A stretch of 63,957 bases of DNA, filler included, from 8 parts of 8 records of this genome joined end to end with filler, not necessarily neighbours in it; one strand, 5' to 3'. Counted from the whole stretch's first letter, positions 47,893-58,022 are shown. Notes: generated by a model from the letters alone, not told the origin. A program made the numbers and translations.

Positions 47893-48669
47893 ATGGGCTC
47901 GATCGAGCTTACGCCCCACCTGTTTTTACTCTTGTTTGGCACCGGGTTTTCCGCGGGATTTGTGGATTCCATAGCCGGGGGAGGCGGATTGATCGCCCTG
48001 CCGGTGCTGCTCTCCACGGGAATCTCGCCCCAGATGGCCCTTGGCACCAACAAGCTCCAGGGGAGCTTTGGCACCCTGTCCGCAACCTACAACTACATCC
48101 GAAAAGGGGAGGTAAAGCTGAACGAAACCTGGACCGGCGCCCTCTTTACCCTGATCGGCGCCATGGCCGGGGCCTGGGCCATCCAGCACCTGGATGCCGG
48201 ATTCCTGAACAGGATCATCCCGTTCCTGCTGGTGGCGGTATTTCTCTACACCCTCTTTTCCAAGGACCTGGGGAAGGGCACCGCCCGTCCCAAGCTGCCC
48301 CGGAACCTGTTTTTCCTCATCTTCGGACTGGGGCTGGGGTTCTATGACGGTTTTTTCGGTCCCGGCACCGGCAGCTTCTGGACCGCGGCATTCATTGCGG
48401 TCATGGGGTTCACCATGACCCGGGCGGCCGGACTCACCCGGATCATGAACTTTGTCAGCAACATCGTTGCACTTACCATGTTCGTCATCGGGGACAACGT
48501 CCTCTACTCCGTGGGGCTGAGCATGGCCCTGGGCCAGGTACTGGGGGCACGGGTGGGATCCAGCCTTGCCATCCAAAAGGGCGCGAGCTTTATCCGGCCC
48601 ATCTTCCTCACCGTGGTTTTCCTCACCATTGTCAGGCTTGTCTACCTCAACTACGCCACCCTGGCATAA
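47893..48669 (+). CDS. TSUP/TauE-SafE (YfcA-like) transporter
   Basis: AGFVDSIAGGGGLI, ALGTNKLQ, GFYDGFFGPGTGSF. Confidence 0.9.
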   Translation: MGSIELTPHLFLLLFGTGFSAGFVDSIAGGGGLIALPVLLSTGISPQMALGTNKLQGSFGTLSATYNYIRKGEVKLNETWTGALFTLIGAMAGAWAIQHLDAGFLNRIIPFLLVAVFLYTLFSKDLGKGTARPKLPRNLFFLIFGLGLGFYDGFFGPGTGSFWTAAFIAVMGFTMTRAAGLTRIMNFVSNIVALTMFVIGDNVLYSVGLSMALGQVLGARVGSSLAIQKGASFIRPIFLTVVFLTIVRLVYLNYATLA

Positions 48670-48671
48670 AC

Positions 48672-48707
48672 AAAAAGGCCCCTTGCCTTAGGGAGGAAAG
48701 GGGCCTT
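48672..48707. terminator. Terminator hairpin between convergent genes
   Basis: AAAAAGGCCCCTT-loop-AAGGGGCCTT; T-tract on the minus strand. Confidence 0.65.
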
Positions 48708-48735
48708 GGATTTACAAAATGGATGTTCCTGTCAT

Positions 48736-50502
48736 TCAGGCCAGGGGCAGGCGGAGTTCAAACACGGACCCCTGGCCCGGGGCGCTCTCCACCCGGATCT
48801 CGCCGCCGTGGTACTGGACAATGTGCTTTACAATGGCAAGCCCCAGCCCCGTGCCCCCCAACTCCCGGCTGCGGGCCCTGTCCACCCGGTAAAACCGCTC
48901 GAATATCCGCGGAATATGTTCTGGACTGATGCCGGGTCCTGAATCGGTCACCCGGATCACGGCATATCCCTCCTTCTCCCCCCCTTCCACCGAAACCTCG
49001 CTTCCGGGCTCGCTGTACTTCACGGCGTTGTTCACAAGATTCACGACGGCCTGCTCGATGAGCAGGGGATCCATCAAGGCGGCGGGGGCGCCGGAAACAG
49101 CGGCATGGAGACGGATCTCCCGCGTTTCAGCCATATACCGGCAGGCGGAAAGGGCGGAATTGACCACCGGGGTGAGGTCTTCCGGGTCAAACACCGGCAC
49201 CAGCCCCTCTTTTCTCTCAAGCCGTGACAGCACCATGAGGTCATCCACCAGGGCGATGAGGCGGTTGACGTTCTTCTCCAGGATGGTCAGGAACTTGCTC
49301 CTTTGATCCATCACCTCTTCGCCGTCCAGGTCCTGGAGGGTCTCCACAAACCCCTTGAGGGTGGTCAGGGGGGTCTTGAGTTCATGGGAGACGTTGGCGG
49401 CAAAATCCTTGTGCATGGTTTCGAGCCGGCGTATCCGGGTGATGTCATGGAAGATCACCAGGGTCCCCATGCGCCCCCCCCGGCTGTTGCAAAGGGCGGT
49501 GGAATGGATGTTGAACACCCGCTCCCTCTTGCCCGTGAAGATGATATCCTCCTCAACGGCATCATGGCTGGCCAGGGCCTTGTTGAGGAACTGCTGAAGG
49601 TCGTAATTCCGGGCGATCTCATGGACGTTCCGGCCGGCCAGTTCCCGGGCAGGCGCGTCAAATATCCTGGCGGCCGCCCGATTGACCATGAGAATCCCCT
49701 CATTGAGGTCAATGGCGATCACCCCCTCCTTCATGCTGGAAAGCACCGCCTCGAGCTCCATGGTGCGACTCTCGGCGCTCTGGATCTTCTCATCCAGGCG
49801 CTCGGCCATCTGATTCATGGTCACGGCCAGCTGGGAGAGCTCCTCGGTATCGGGCACGGCCAACTGCCGGGTCAGGTCGCCCGTGGCAAACCGCCGGGCC
49901 CCGGCCCGCATCTCCTCAAGAGGACGGGTGATGCGCCTGGACACCAGCAGGCCCACACCGGCAACGGCAAGGACCGCGACCACCAGGGCGGCAATGATAT
50001 TCTGCTGCACCGACCGGATCTCGCTGTCGATGTTTGACACGGACACCGCGGTCCTCACAACCGCAGACACCCTGCCCCTGCTTTCCATGGGCAGGGCCAC
50101 GTACATCATCTTCTGGCCCAGGGTGTCGCTGTCCCGGACCGACACCCCCTTGTCCCCCTTCAGGGCCGCGGTAATTTCCGGCCGGTTCCGGTGGTTCTCC
50201 ATCTCCCGGACGCTCCCGAAGGAATCGCCGATCACCCGGCCCGACGGCAGCACAACGGTCACCCGTGTCTGGGTGGCCCGGCCGATCTCCTTGCAGATCT
50301 TATTGACCCGGTCCGGGGAGTGGCCCAACAGCTCCCGCCGGATCAGGGTGCCCTGGGTGGTGAGATCGGTTTCGCTGTTGATCAGGTAGTACTTCCTGAA
50401 AAATCCCGTGGAGTACCAGGTCACGGCAGTGAGGGAGAGCACCATGATGAGGAGGAACGACGGAAATATCTGCCACAACAGCTTTCTCTTTTTTTCAGGC
50501 AT
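48736..50502 (-). CDS. phoR: PhoR-like sensor kinase (HAMP, PAS, HisKA, HATPase)
   Basis: MENHRNRPEI periplasmic motif, FAANVSHELKTPLT, FERFYRVDRARSRELGGTGLGL. Confidence 0.85.
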   Translation of the reverse strand: MPEKKRKLLWQIFPSFLLIMVLSLTAVTWYSTGFFRKYYLINSETDLTTQGTLIRRELLGHSPDRVNKICKEIGRATQTRVTVVLPSGRVIGDSFGSVREMENHRNRPEITAALKGDKGVSVRDSDTLGQKMMYVALPMESRGRVSAVVRTAVSVSNIDSEIRSVQQNIIAALVVAVLAVAGVGLLVSRRITRPLEEMRAGARRFATGDLTRQLAVPDTEELSQLAVTMNQMAERLDEKIQSAESRTMELEAVLSSMKEGVIAIDLNEGILMVNRAAARIFDAPARELAGRNVHEIARNYDLQQFLNKALASHDAVEEDIIFTGKRERVFNIHSTALCNSRGGRMGTLVIFHDITRIRRLETMHKDFAANVSHELKTPLTTLKGFVETLQDLDGEEVMDQRSKFLTILEKNVNRLIALVDDLMVLSRLERKEGLVPVFDPEDLTPVVNSALSACRYMAETREIRLHAAVSGAPAALMDPLLIEQAVVNLVNNAVKYSEPGSEVSVEGGEKEGYAVIRVTDSGPGISPEHIPRIFERFYRVDRARSRELGGTGLGLAIVKHIVQYHGGEIRVESAPGQGSVFELRLPLA

Positions 50503-51199
50503 CTGGCTCCTCCTCCTTGAACCGATACCCCACCCCCCGGACCGTTTCAATGGATGTGGCGCAAGGGCCCAGTTTCTTGCGCAGGCCCGCAATGATCACG
50601 TCAACGCTTCTCTCGGTAACGGCATAATTTTCCCCGTGCACGGCATCGACAATCTGTCCCCGGGTAAACACCCACCCCTTTTTCGCGGCCAGAAACGAGA
50701 CCACCTGGAATTCCGAAAAGGTCAGCTCTATATTTTTCTTGTCCACGGTGACCCGGTGCCGGCCATGGTCGATCACCAGGGAACCGGCCGTGGTGATCTC
50801 CGGGGCCCGCCCCGCATCGCTTTTTCGCCTTCGACGAAGAATGCCCCGAATTCTGGCGACCAGCTCCCGGGGACTGAACGGCTTTGACACATAATCGTTG
50901 GCCCCAAGCTCAAGCCCGGTAACGATATCGGCCTCCTCGCCCTTTGCCGTGAGCATCACGATGGGCAGGTCAACGATCATATCGCTATTTCGTATCTGGC
51001 GCGTCACCTCCAGGCCGTCGATGCCCGGCAGCATGAGGTCCAGCACCACAAGATCGGGCCGCTCCTCCAGGGCGAGGGTCAGGGCCGCTTCCCCGGAAAA
51101 GGCCACAAGGGTTTCAAATCCCTCCTTTTCCAGGTTGTATCGCACCAGTTCGACGATGTCCTCTTCATCATCAACGATCAGTATTCTCTCTTTCGGCAT
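50495..51199 (-). CDS. phoB: PhoB/OmpR-family response regulator
   Basis: VDDEED, LDLMLPG, KPFSPREL.AR, ERSVDV.I..LRKKL, ETVRGVGY. Confidence 0.85.
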   Translation of the reverse strand: MPKERILIVDDEEDIVELVRYNLEKEGFETLVAFSGEAALTLALEERPDLVVLDLMLPGIDGLEVTRQIRNSDMIVDLPIVMLTAKGEEADIVTGLELGANDYVSKPFSPRELVARIRGILRRRRKSDAGRAPEITTAGSLVIDHGRHRVTVDKKNIELTFSEFQVVSFLAAKKGWVFTRGQIVDAVHGENYAVTERSVDVIIAGLRKKLGPCATSIETVRGVGYRFKEEEPDA

Positions 51200-51282
51200 A
51201 TTACTTCCCTTTATTTGACTGTGGCCCGCCCGTATCCATCCGGGACGGGAGCATTACAAGAGCTTTACCAGAACCATGTTAG

Positions 51283-51382
51283 NNNNNNNNNNNNNNNNNN
51301 NNNNNNNNNNNNNNNNNNNNNNNNNNTTAATTAATTAANNNNNNNNNNNNNNNNNNNNNNNNNNNNNNNNNNNNNNNNNNNN
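51283..51382. other. Artificial contig spacer
   Basis: N-run/TTAATTAATTAA/N-run. Confidence 0.98.
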
Positions 51383-51722
51383 AGGTGGAATAGGTGTAAT
51401 GAATATAATGCTGGTTAGTGTAACAGAGAGAACGAAAGAGATAGGAATACGAAAAGCAATTGGTGCAAAGAACAGAGATATACTTTTACAGTTTCTAATA
51501 GAAGCATTAACTTTGACTCTGATAGGTGGAATATTAGGACTCTCATTTGGTTATATCGGAGCAAATGTAGTTGGGCATTTCGTTAAAATAAAGCCGATAC
51601 TAAGCATAAATATGATGATTGTTGCAGTATCAGTGTCATCTGCTATCGGCCTAATATTTGGAGTATTTCCGGCAATGAAAGCATCACAGCTTAATCCAAT
51701 AGATGCTCTTAGACATGAGTAA
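51383..51722 (+). CDS. MacB/FtsX-family ABC permease C-terminus (5' truncated)
   Basis: GGIGVMNIMLVSVTERTKEIGIRKAIGA...PA.KAS.LNPIDALRHE. Confidence 0.92.
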
Positions 51723-51758
51723 GTTATAAAGGGGAATTTATGAAGAGGAGTAAAGATA

Positions 51759-52436
51759 ATGATAAAATTAGAAGGAATAAATAAAGTTTATGAGACAGGT
51801 GAGATAAGTGTTAGAGCACTTGATGAAGTAAATTTGCATATTAAAAAAGAGGAATTTGTCGCAATAACGGGAAAAAGTGGAAGCGGAAAATCCACTATGA
51901 TGAATCTGCTGGGCTGCCTAGATAGTTCGACATCTGGTACATATATTCTTGATGGATTAGATGTGTCAAAAGTAAAAGACAGTCAATTAGCAGAAGTTAG
52001 AAATACAAAAATAGGTTTTGTATTTCAATCATTTAATTTATTACCAAGATTAACAGCTCTTCAAAATGTTGAACTTCCTATGATTTATGCAGGACTTGAT
52101 TCAAAACTTAGATTAGAGAGAGCAAACAGTGCTTTAAGAAGAGTTGGCCTGGAAGATAGAGTTCATCATAGACCAAATGAGCTAAGTGGAGGACAGAAGC
52201 AGAGAGTAGCAATAGCAAGAGCACTGGCAAACAGTCCTTCGATAATATTGGCTGATGAACCAACAGGAAACCTAGATAGTAAGTCAGAAGAGGAAATTAT
52301 CAAAATATTTAAAGAGTTAAATAATGAAGGAGTAACAATTGTAATGGTAACTCATGAACCTGAGATAGCTGCAAATTGCAAAAGAACTGTTATTTTTAAA
52401 GACGGGAAAATAATAGAAGACAGATATAATAGCTGA
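51759..52436 (+). CDS. MacB/LolD-type ABC ATPase
   Basis: GKSGSGKST, LSGGQKQRVAIARAL, LADEPTGNLD. Confidence 0.93.
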   Translation: MIKLEGINKVYETGEISVRALDEVNLHIKKEEFVAITGKSGSGKSTMMNLLGCLDSSTSGTYILDGLDVSKVKDSQLAEVRNTKIGFVFQSFNLLPRLTALQNVELPMIYAGLDSKLRLERANSALRRVGLEDRVHHRPNELSGGQKQRVAIARALANSPSIILADEPTGNLDSKSEEEIIKIFKELNNEGVTIVMVTHEPEIAANCKRTVIFKDGKIIEDRYNS

Positions 52437-52620
52437 TTGAAATTGGAGGGGTAATGGAAGAGGAAAAAAATGAAATAAGCGGGGAAAATTTACTCTCAAT
52501 ACTTTGGTTAAATGATTGGTTCTTAATAGATGAACCTATTGAAAAATTTGAAGAGAGTAAAGCTGATAATAGTGAAATAGATAAAGCCGAGAGATAACAA
52601 AAGAGACAGATTAATGATTT

Positions 52621-53382
52621 TTAATCTGTCTCTTTTAATTTCTCCCATGCAATCTGCGCAAACTCATCTAAATCTTGGTGAAGAACATAGTCTATTTGCC
52701 TGTCATAAGAGGTCGCTTCCATATTAATAATAATTGATGGAACTCTCTCAGCAAGAGTCATAATTACTGAAGCAGCAGGATTAACAGTAAGTGATGAACC
52801 CATAACAATAACTAAGTCATAATCAGGTCTGTTGTAATAAAGATCATAAAATTCCTCAGGTAAGTTTTCACCGAAGAAAACCACATCAGGTTTAATTATC
52901 CCTCCGCAATCACATTTAGGAATATTTCCGTCTAAAATTGCGGGACTATATTCATCGGAAAGATATTTTTTATTACAACTTTGACAATGAGCAGTAGTAT
53001 ATGTACCATGGCACTCTAAAACTTTTTCGGAACCTGCAATTGTATGAAGCATATCGATATTTTGAGTAACAATAAGAGAAATTTTACCTTGTTCCTCAAG
53101 CCAAGCTAAAAATTTATGGCACAGTGAAGGATGTACATCTTCGTAGAACAGATCTCTGGAAAGCTTAAAAAATGGAACTGGATCATCTCTAAAATAGTTA
53201 ATATCAAAAATAGCCTCCGGATATGGTAAATTACCATATTGCTTAACTATATTGTATAAACCTCTTTCACCTCTAAAATCAGGAATACCACTATTTGTGC
53301 TTATTCCGGCACCTGTTAGAACTAAAATTTTATTTGCTTTTCTTATTGCTTCAATTGCATTTTCAAGAACATTATTTGTCAT
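52621..53382 (-). CDS. Sir2-family NAD-dependent deacylase
   Basis: TGAGIST.SGIPDFRG, TQNID, HG, two CxxC/CxC Zn pairs, KPDVVFFGE, GSSL.V.PA. Confidence 0.93.
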   Translation of the reverse strand: MTNNVLENAIEAIRKANKILVLTGAGISTNSGIPDFRGERGLYNIVKQYGNLPYPEAIFDINYFRDDPVPFFKLSRDLFYEDVHPSLCHKFLAWLEEQGKISLIVTQNIDMLHTIAGSEKVLECHGTYTTAHCQSCNKKYLSDEYSPAILDGNIPKCDCGGIIKPDVVFFGENLPEEFYDLYYNRPDYDLVIVMGSSLTVNPAASVIMTLAERVPSIIINMEATSYDRQIDYVLHQDLDEFAQIAWEKLKETD

Positions 53383-53391
53383 GCTTCACCT

Positions 53392-53474
53392 CACTTATTT
53401 TTTTAAGTCAAAATGCCTTAATTTGACTTTGGTTTAAAAAATAACATATACACACTTATTTTTTTAAGTCAAAA
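53392..53474. repeat. 22-bp perfect direct repeat with an operator-like palindrome upstream of the sirtuin
   Basis: CACTTATTTTTTTAAGTCAAAA at 53392-53413 and 53453-53474. Confidence 0.7.
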
Positions 53475-53542
53475 CGTTTTGAGTGTTCTTATAATTATAG
53501 TTTCTTTTTGTATGAAAGTAAATAGGCAAAGAGTTAAAAAGA

Positions 53543-53571
53543 TTGACTTCTAAAACTAAAAAAAGTAAAAT
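53543..53571 (+). promoter_or_regulatory. Sigma70-type promoter of the LysE gene
   Basis: TTGACT-17 nt-TAAAAT. Confidence 0.65.
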
Positions 53572-53599
53572 AAGTTAACTATAATTAGAGGGGGAGAAT

Positions 53600-54226
53600 A
53601 TGTTTGGAATAATTAACTATAAGCTTTTTATTATATCAGGGATAATGCTTAACTTAACACCTGGCTCAGATACGCTTTATATTTTGGGTAGAAGTATGCA
53701 GGGGAAAAAAGCAGGAATAGCCTCTGTATTAGGAATCTCTACAGGAAGTATAGTTCATACCGTTATGGCAGGTTTTGGCTTATCCATTATTTTGGCAAAA
53801 TCAGCAATGGCATTTAATATCATAAAATATCTAGGAGCAGGATACTTAATATATTTGGGATTAAAATCAATATTTACAAAATCAAAATTGGATTTAAGTA
53901 ATAACAACCTAGAAAAAGAGAGTATAAAAAAAATCTATATGTCAGGTGTAATAACAAATGTGTTGAATCCAAAAGTTGCCTTGTTCTTTTTAGCTTTTTT
54001 ACCTCAATTTATAGATGCAAACAGCAGCTACGGAGCTATTCCATTTTTATTACTGGGAGGAACATTTATTTTTACCGGAACAATCTGGTGTTTAATTTTA
54101 GCTTTTATTTCTTCACTTGCATCTAATAAATTAAAAGAAAACGTTAATTTTTCTACATATATGAATAAGATTACAGGTTTTATTTTTGTAGGATTGGGAA
54201 TTAAGTTATTAAAGACAAAACAATAA
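53600..54226 (+). CDS. LysE/RhtB-family exporter
   Basis: LTPGSD, KYLGAGYLIYLG, NVLNPKVALFFLAFLPQF. Confidence 0.92.
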   Translation: MFGIINYKLFIISGIMLNLTPGSDTLYILGRSMQGKKAGIASVLGISTGSIVHTVMAGFGLSIILAKSAMAFNIIKYLGAGYLIYLGLKSIFTKSKLDLSNNNLEKESIKKIYMSGVITNVLNPKVALFFLAFLPQFIDANSSYGAIPFLLLGGTFIFTGTIWCLILAFISSLASNKLKENVNFSTYMNKITGFIFVGLGIKLLKTKQ

Positions 54227-54235
54227 AAAATTCTA

Positions 54236-54261
54236 ATAGAGTCGAGTCCGGCTCTGTTTTT
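54236..54261 (+). terminator. Intrinsic terminator after LysE
   Basis: ATAGAGTCG-AGTC-CGGCTCTGT followed by TTTT. Confidence 0.6.
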
Positions 54262-54268
54262 ATAAAAT

Positions 54269-54323
54269 AATTTTGTAATAATTACAAAATTGTATTGACA
54301 AACAAAGTTTGGTGTATTAATAT
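54269..54323 (+). promoter_or_regulatory. Zur-like box adjacent to a sigma70 promoter
   Basis: Perfect palindrome AATTTTGTAAT-A-ATTACAAAATT (54269-54291), then TTGACA (54295)-17 nt-TAATAT. Confidence 0.7.
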
Positions 54324-54517
54324 TAAGTAAAGAATAAAAGGATAATTAATTTTTTCTCGAAAGTATAATAATGGAACGAATAAATAAAAAAATGAAAAAT
54401 AAAATACAAGTGAACGAATAAATCTAAAACTTTAACAAATAAAATAGCTGTTGAAGCAACAGTGATTTTATTTATTAGAGTAAGATTTATACAGTTAACT
54501 TCAGGAGGTCGGTCAAA

Positions 54518-55459
54518 ATGAAAAAAGTATTAATATTAATTGCGGGTTTAATAGTTGTATTAGGAATATTTCTAGTTACAGCTAAAAAAGATAATGGAGA
54601 AGACGGAAGTGCGAATAAAATAAAAGTTGTAGCAACAACAACAATGGTAACTGATTTAGTTAAAGAGATAGCTGGAGAGAAAATAGAAGTAAATGGTTTA
54701 ATGGGTGCAGGAGTTGATCCGCATCTATATAAAGCTAGTGAAGGAGATGTAGCAAAATTATCTGAGGCAAAAGCAATATTCTATAATGGTTTACATTTAG
54801 AAGGAAAATTAGATGATATATTTGAAAAAATGAAAAGCAGAGGAATAAAAGTATATGCATTAGCAGAAAGTATAGATAAATCAAAATTAATTCCATCTGA
54901 TGAGTTTGATTCTAATTTTGATCCTCATGTATGGTTTAGTACAAAATTATGGAAAGAGTTAGCTGAGCATACGGGAGAACTTTTAGGTGAAGTTGATCCT
55001 GAGAATGCAGATTATTATATATCCAGAGCAAGTGATTATGTGAAGAAAATAGATGAATTTGAAAGATATTCTTTTGATAAAATTGAAAAATTACCTAAAG
55101 ACCAGAGAATATTAATCACAGCTCATGATGCATTTAACTATTTTGGAAAAGTATATGGCTTTGAAGTACTTGGATTGCAAGGATTAAGTACAGCGTCTGA
55201 AGCAGGAGTTCAGGATGTTAAAAATTTAGCTGATTATATCTATGAGAAAAAAGTTAAAGCAATTTTCATAGAATCATCAGTTCCAAGAAGAAACATAGAA
55301 GCATTACAACAAGCTGTAGAATCCAGAGGATTCAAAGTGGAAATCGGTGGAGAATTATTTTCTGACGCACTTGGTAATCCCGGGACAGCTGAGGGAACTT
55401 ATTTAGGAATGTTCAAACATAATATGGATACAGTTGTAGGCGCATTAGCAGGAGAATAA
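54518..55459 (+). CDS. TroA-like Zn/Mn ABC substrate-binding protein
   Basis: GVDPHLY, YNGLHLEG, DPHVWF, TAHDAFNYF, LFSDALG. Confidence 0.93.
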   Translation: MKKVLILIAGLIVVLGIFLVTAKKDNGEDGSANKIKVVATTTMVTDLVKEIAGEKIEVNGLMGAGVDPHLYKASEGDVAKLSEAKAIFYNGLHLEGKLDDIFEKMKSRGIKVYALAESIDKSKLIPSDEFDSNFDPHVWFSTKLWKELAEHTGELLGEVDPENADYYISRASDYVKKIDEFERYSFDKIEKLPKDQRILITAHDAFNYFGKVYGFEVLGLQGLSTASEAGVQDVKNLADYIYEKKVKAIFIESSVPRRNIEALQQAVESRGFKVEIGGELFSDALGNPGTAEGTYLGMFKHNMDTVVGALAGE

Positions 55460-55481
55460 ATAATTTTGGAGGTATATTAAG

Positions 55482-56216
55482 ATGCAGGAATACGCAATAG
55501 AAGTAAATGACCTTACAGTAGCATATAAATATAAACCTGTACTTTGGGATATAGATCTGAAAGTTCCGGAAGGAGTCCTTATGGCAATAGTAGGGCCGAA
55601 CGGAGCAGGAAAGTCAACACTTATAAAAGCAATACTTGGAATAATCCAGCCTGTTGCCGGAGATATTCAGATCTATAATAGACCTTATGAGAAACAAAGA
55701 GATTTGGTAGCTTATGTTCCTCAAAGAGGAAGTGTTGATTGGGATTTCCCTACGACGGTATTTGACATAGTTTTAATGGGAACTTATGGTCAATTAGGAT
55801 TATTTAAAAAGCCGGGCAAAAAAGAAAAAGAAAAAGCTGAAGACGCTCTTAAAAAAGTTGGAATGTATAACTTTAAAGATAGGCAGATCAGTCAGCTTTC
55901 CGGAGGACAACAGCAAAGAACTTTTTTAGCCAGAGCACTTGTTCAAGATGCGAAAGTATATCTAATGGATGAACCTTTTCAAGGAGTTGATGCAACAACT
56001 GAAAAGGCAATAATTGAAATATTAAAAGAACTTCGAAAGCAAGAAAAAACTGTTGTAGTTGTTCACCATGATCTACAAACGGTACCTGAGTATTTTGACT
56101 GGGTAACTTTTCTTAATCTCAAAAAAATAGCGACAGGTTCAATAGAAGAAGTTTTTAATGATGAGAATTTAACTAAAACATATGGAAAACATTATGAAAG
56201 TATTAAAAAAAGTTAG
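55482..56216 (+). CDS. TroB-like metal ABC ATPase
   Basis: GPNGAGKST, YVPQRGSVDWDFP, LSGGQQQR.FLARAL, VHHDL. Confidence 0.93.
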   Translation: MQEYAIEVNDLTVAYKYKPVLWDIDLKVPEGVLMAIVGPNGAGKSTLIKAILGIIQPVAGDIQIYNRPYEKQRDLVAYVPQRGSVDWDFPTTVFDIVLMGTYGQLGLFKKPGKKEKEKAEDALKKVGMYNFKDRQISQLSGGQQQRTFLARALVQDAKVYLMDEPFQGVDATTEKAIIEILKELRKQEKTVVVVHHDLQTVPEYFDWVTFLNLKKIATGSIEEVFNDENLTKTYGKHYESIKKS

Positions 56217-56228
56217 TAGGAGTTAAAA

Positions 56229-56525
56229 GTGAAATATAATTCAGATATACATAAAAGGAAAAGTATAAGATTGAAGAGTTATAATTATTCACAAAAAGGC
56301 TTATATTTTATAATAACTTGTTCGTTTCAAGGAGAATATTTGTTTGGAGAAATTGTAGATGGGAAAATGAGACTAAATAAATATGGAAAGATAGTTGTAG
56401 GAGAATGGTTGAAATTAAAAGAAAATATGAAGATCGAATTACATTCTTTTATAGTAATGCCAAATCATTTTCATGGAATAATTGAAATCTTAGAAGCTCC
56501 TCGTGTAGGGGCAATTCATGAATTG
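56229..56525 (+). mobile_element. REP-associated tyrosine transposase (IS200-like HUH), 3' truncated
   Basis: RKSIRL..YNYSQ.GLYF and FIVMPNHFHGII (HUH); GTAG-type REP palindrome inside the ORF. Confidence 0.85.
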
Positions 56526-56625
56526 NNNNNNNNNNNNNNNNNNNNNNNNNNNNNNNNNNNNNNNNNNNNTTAATTAATTAANNNNNNNNNNNNNNNNNNN
56601 NNNNNNNNNNNNNNNNNNNNNNNNN
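56526..56625. other. Artificial contig spacer
   Basis: N-run/TTAATTAATTAA/N-run. Confidence 0.98.
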
Positions 56626-57057
56626 CCAAATTTTCCTATTTCTGGATGCACACTTCTTAGTTTTTCGTTAGCCGCGATAAGACTATTTTTTGTTTCAATC
56701 CAGTTGTCTTTCATCAATCCAATCAGACAACCCGCCATGCCGCCAATAAGAAGGGGGATAAAATACCGATAAATATCGCACTCAGATCCCGTGCCATGTA
56801 AAGCGAGACGACCAAAAAAGGGCACTTTCGATGTCGCATAGAACCTTGCGAACCGGTCCCTTATTTAAGTGCAACCAGGTGAAGGTTGTGCTTAAAGAGG
56901 GCAGGGAAGTAGAACCCAGAAAAGCCATTGATTTTGATCTTCGTGAACATTATAATTCGACCGGTCTTTTTAAAACAGCCAGATTCAGGGGGCACAAAGA
57001 AAGCCTGTTTGATCTGTCCATTGTCACAACAGATTTCAATAGCTTGGAGGCACCGCG

Positions 57058-57951
57058 ATGTTTAAAACCGTCCTCTCCGCATCGAATGATCCGGAAGGCA
57101 CATGGCTGCCGGCCGGCCTGCCGCCTGTGATTGACGCCCATGTCCATGTTTTTCCTCGCGACATCTTTAGCGCAATCTGGAAATGGTTTGATGAGAACGC
57201 CTGGCTGATCCGGTATCGAATGACAACGTCCCAGATATTCGGCTTTCTGCTGTCGCGTGGGATCAGGCACATCGTTGCGCTTCAGTATGCGCACAAGCCC
57301 GGTATTGCCAAATCGCTGAATCTCTATATGCAGCAAAAATGTGCCGAATACGAGGGGCGTGTGACGGGTCTGGCCACCGTGTACCCGGGAGAGGAAAATG
57401 CCGAAACGATTTTGCAGGAAGCATTTGACGCGGGGCTGGGGGGCGTCAAACTCCACGCGCATGTGCAATGTTTTGATATGAACGCCGATCAGATGGATCC
57501 TTTGTATGAATGCTGCCGGAAAAATGGGAAGCCGATTTTGATGCATGTCGGCAGGGAACCAAAAAGCCCGGCCTATCATTGCGACCCCTATGAACTGTGC
57601 AGCGCCGAAAAACTGGAAAATGTCCTGAAAGATTTCCCGGGACTCAAACTTTGCGTTCCGCACTTGGGGTTCGATGAGACAGCCAAATACCGGAAACTGA
57701 TTGAAAAATATGACACCCTTTGGTTGGACACGACAATGGTGGCCATCGATTTTTTCCAAAAAAAGGAACCCATCAACCTCGATCGTTACAGGCCGGACCG
57801 GATTTTGTATGGCTCGGATTTTCCGAATATTCCGTACGAATGGGATAGGGAACTCAAAGGATTGACAAAATGCGCAATTTCTTATGACGCCCTGGAACAA
57901 CTATCGTGTAAAAACGCAGCCGAGTTATTCGGGATCCGATGCTATGCATGA
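57058..57951 (+). CDS. Amidohydrolase_2 family metal-dependent hydrolase
   Basis: IDAHVH, GVKLH, MHVG, PHLG, LYGSDFP. Confidence 0.9.
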   Translation: MFKTVLSASNDPEGTWLPAGLPPVIDAHVHVFPRDIFSAIWKWFDENAWLIRYRMTTSQIFGFLLSRGIRHIVALQYAHKPGIAKSLNLYMQQKCAEYEGRVTGLATVYPGEENAETILQEAFDAGLGGVKLHAHVQCFDMNADQMDPLYECCRKNGKPILMHVGREPKSPAYHCDPYELCSAEKLENVLKDFPGLKLCVPHLGFDETAKYRKLIEKYDTLWLDTTMVAIDFFQKKEPINLDRYRPDRILYGSDFPNIPYEWDRELKGLTKCAISYDALEQLSCKNAAELFGIRCYA

Positions 57952-58022
57952 GGGGCACCAATCGCGTTTGAAAATTGTATCCTATCTTTGATGTTAACAC
58001 TCTTAATAAGGTTTTTACTACA

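Noticed and set aside
42314-50887. Long antisense ORFs (e.g. 43389-44780, 42314-43321) and similar ones in contigs 2 and 5
   Set aside because: Shadows of high-GC genes on the opposite strand with no motifs, unlike the same-strand MTase overprint.
52453-52597. Short, possibly frameshifted ORF after the ABC ATPase
   Set aside because: Good RBS, but only 20 codons and no recognisable homology.
6053-56625. Seven identical TTAATTAATTAA elements inside N-runs
   Set aside because: Artificial assembly spacers; genes on either side are not linked and ORFs crossing them are artefacts.
56626-56825. Partial membrane-protein ORF at the contig edge
   Set aside because: Truncated, no clear start and no family motif.
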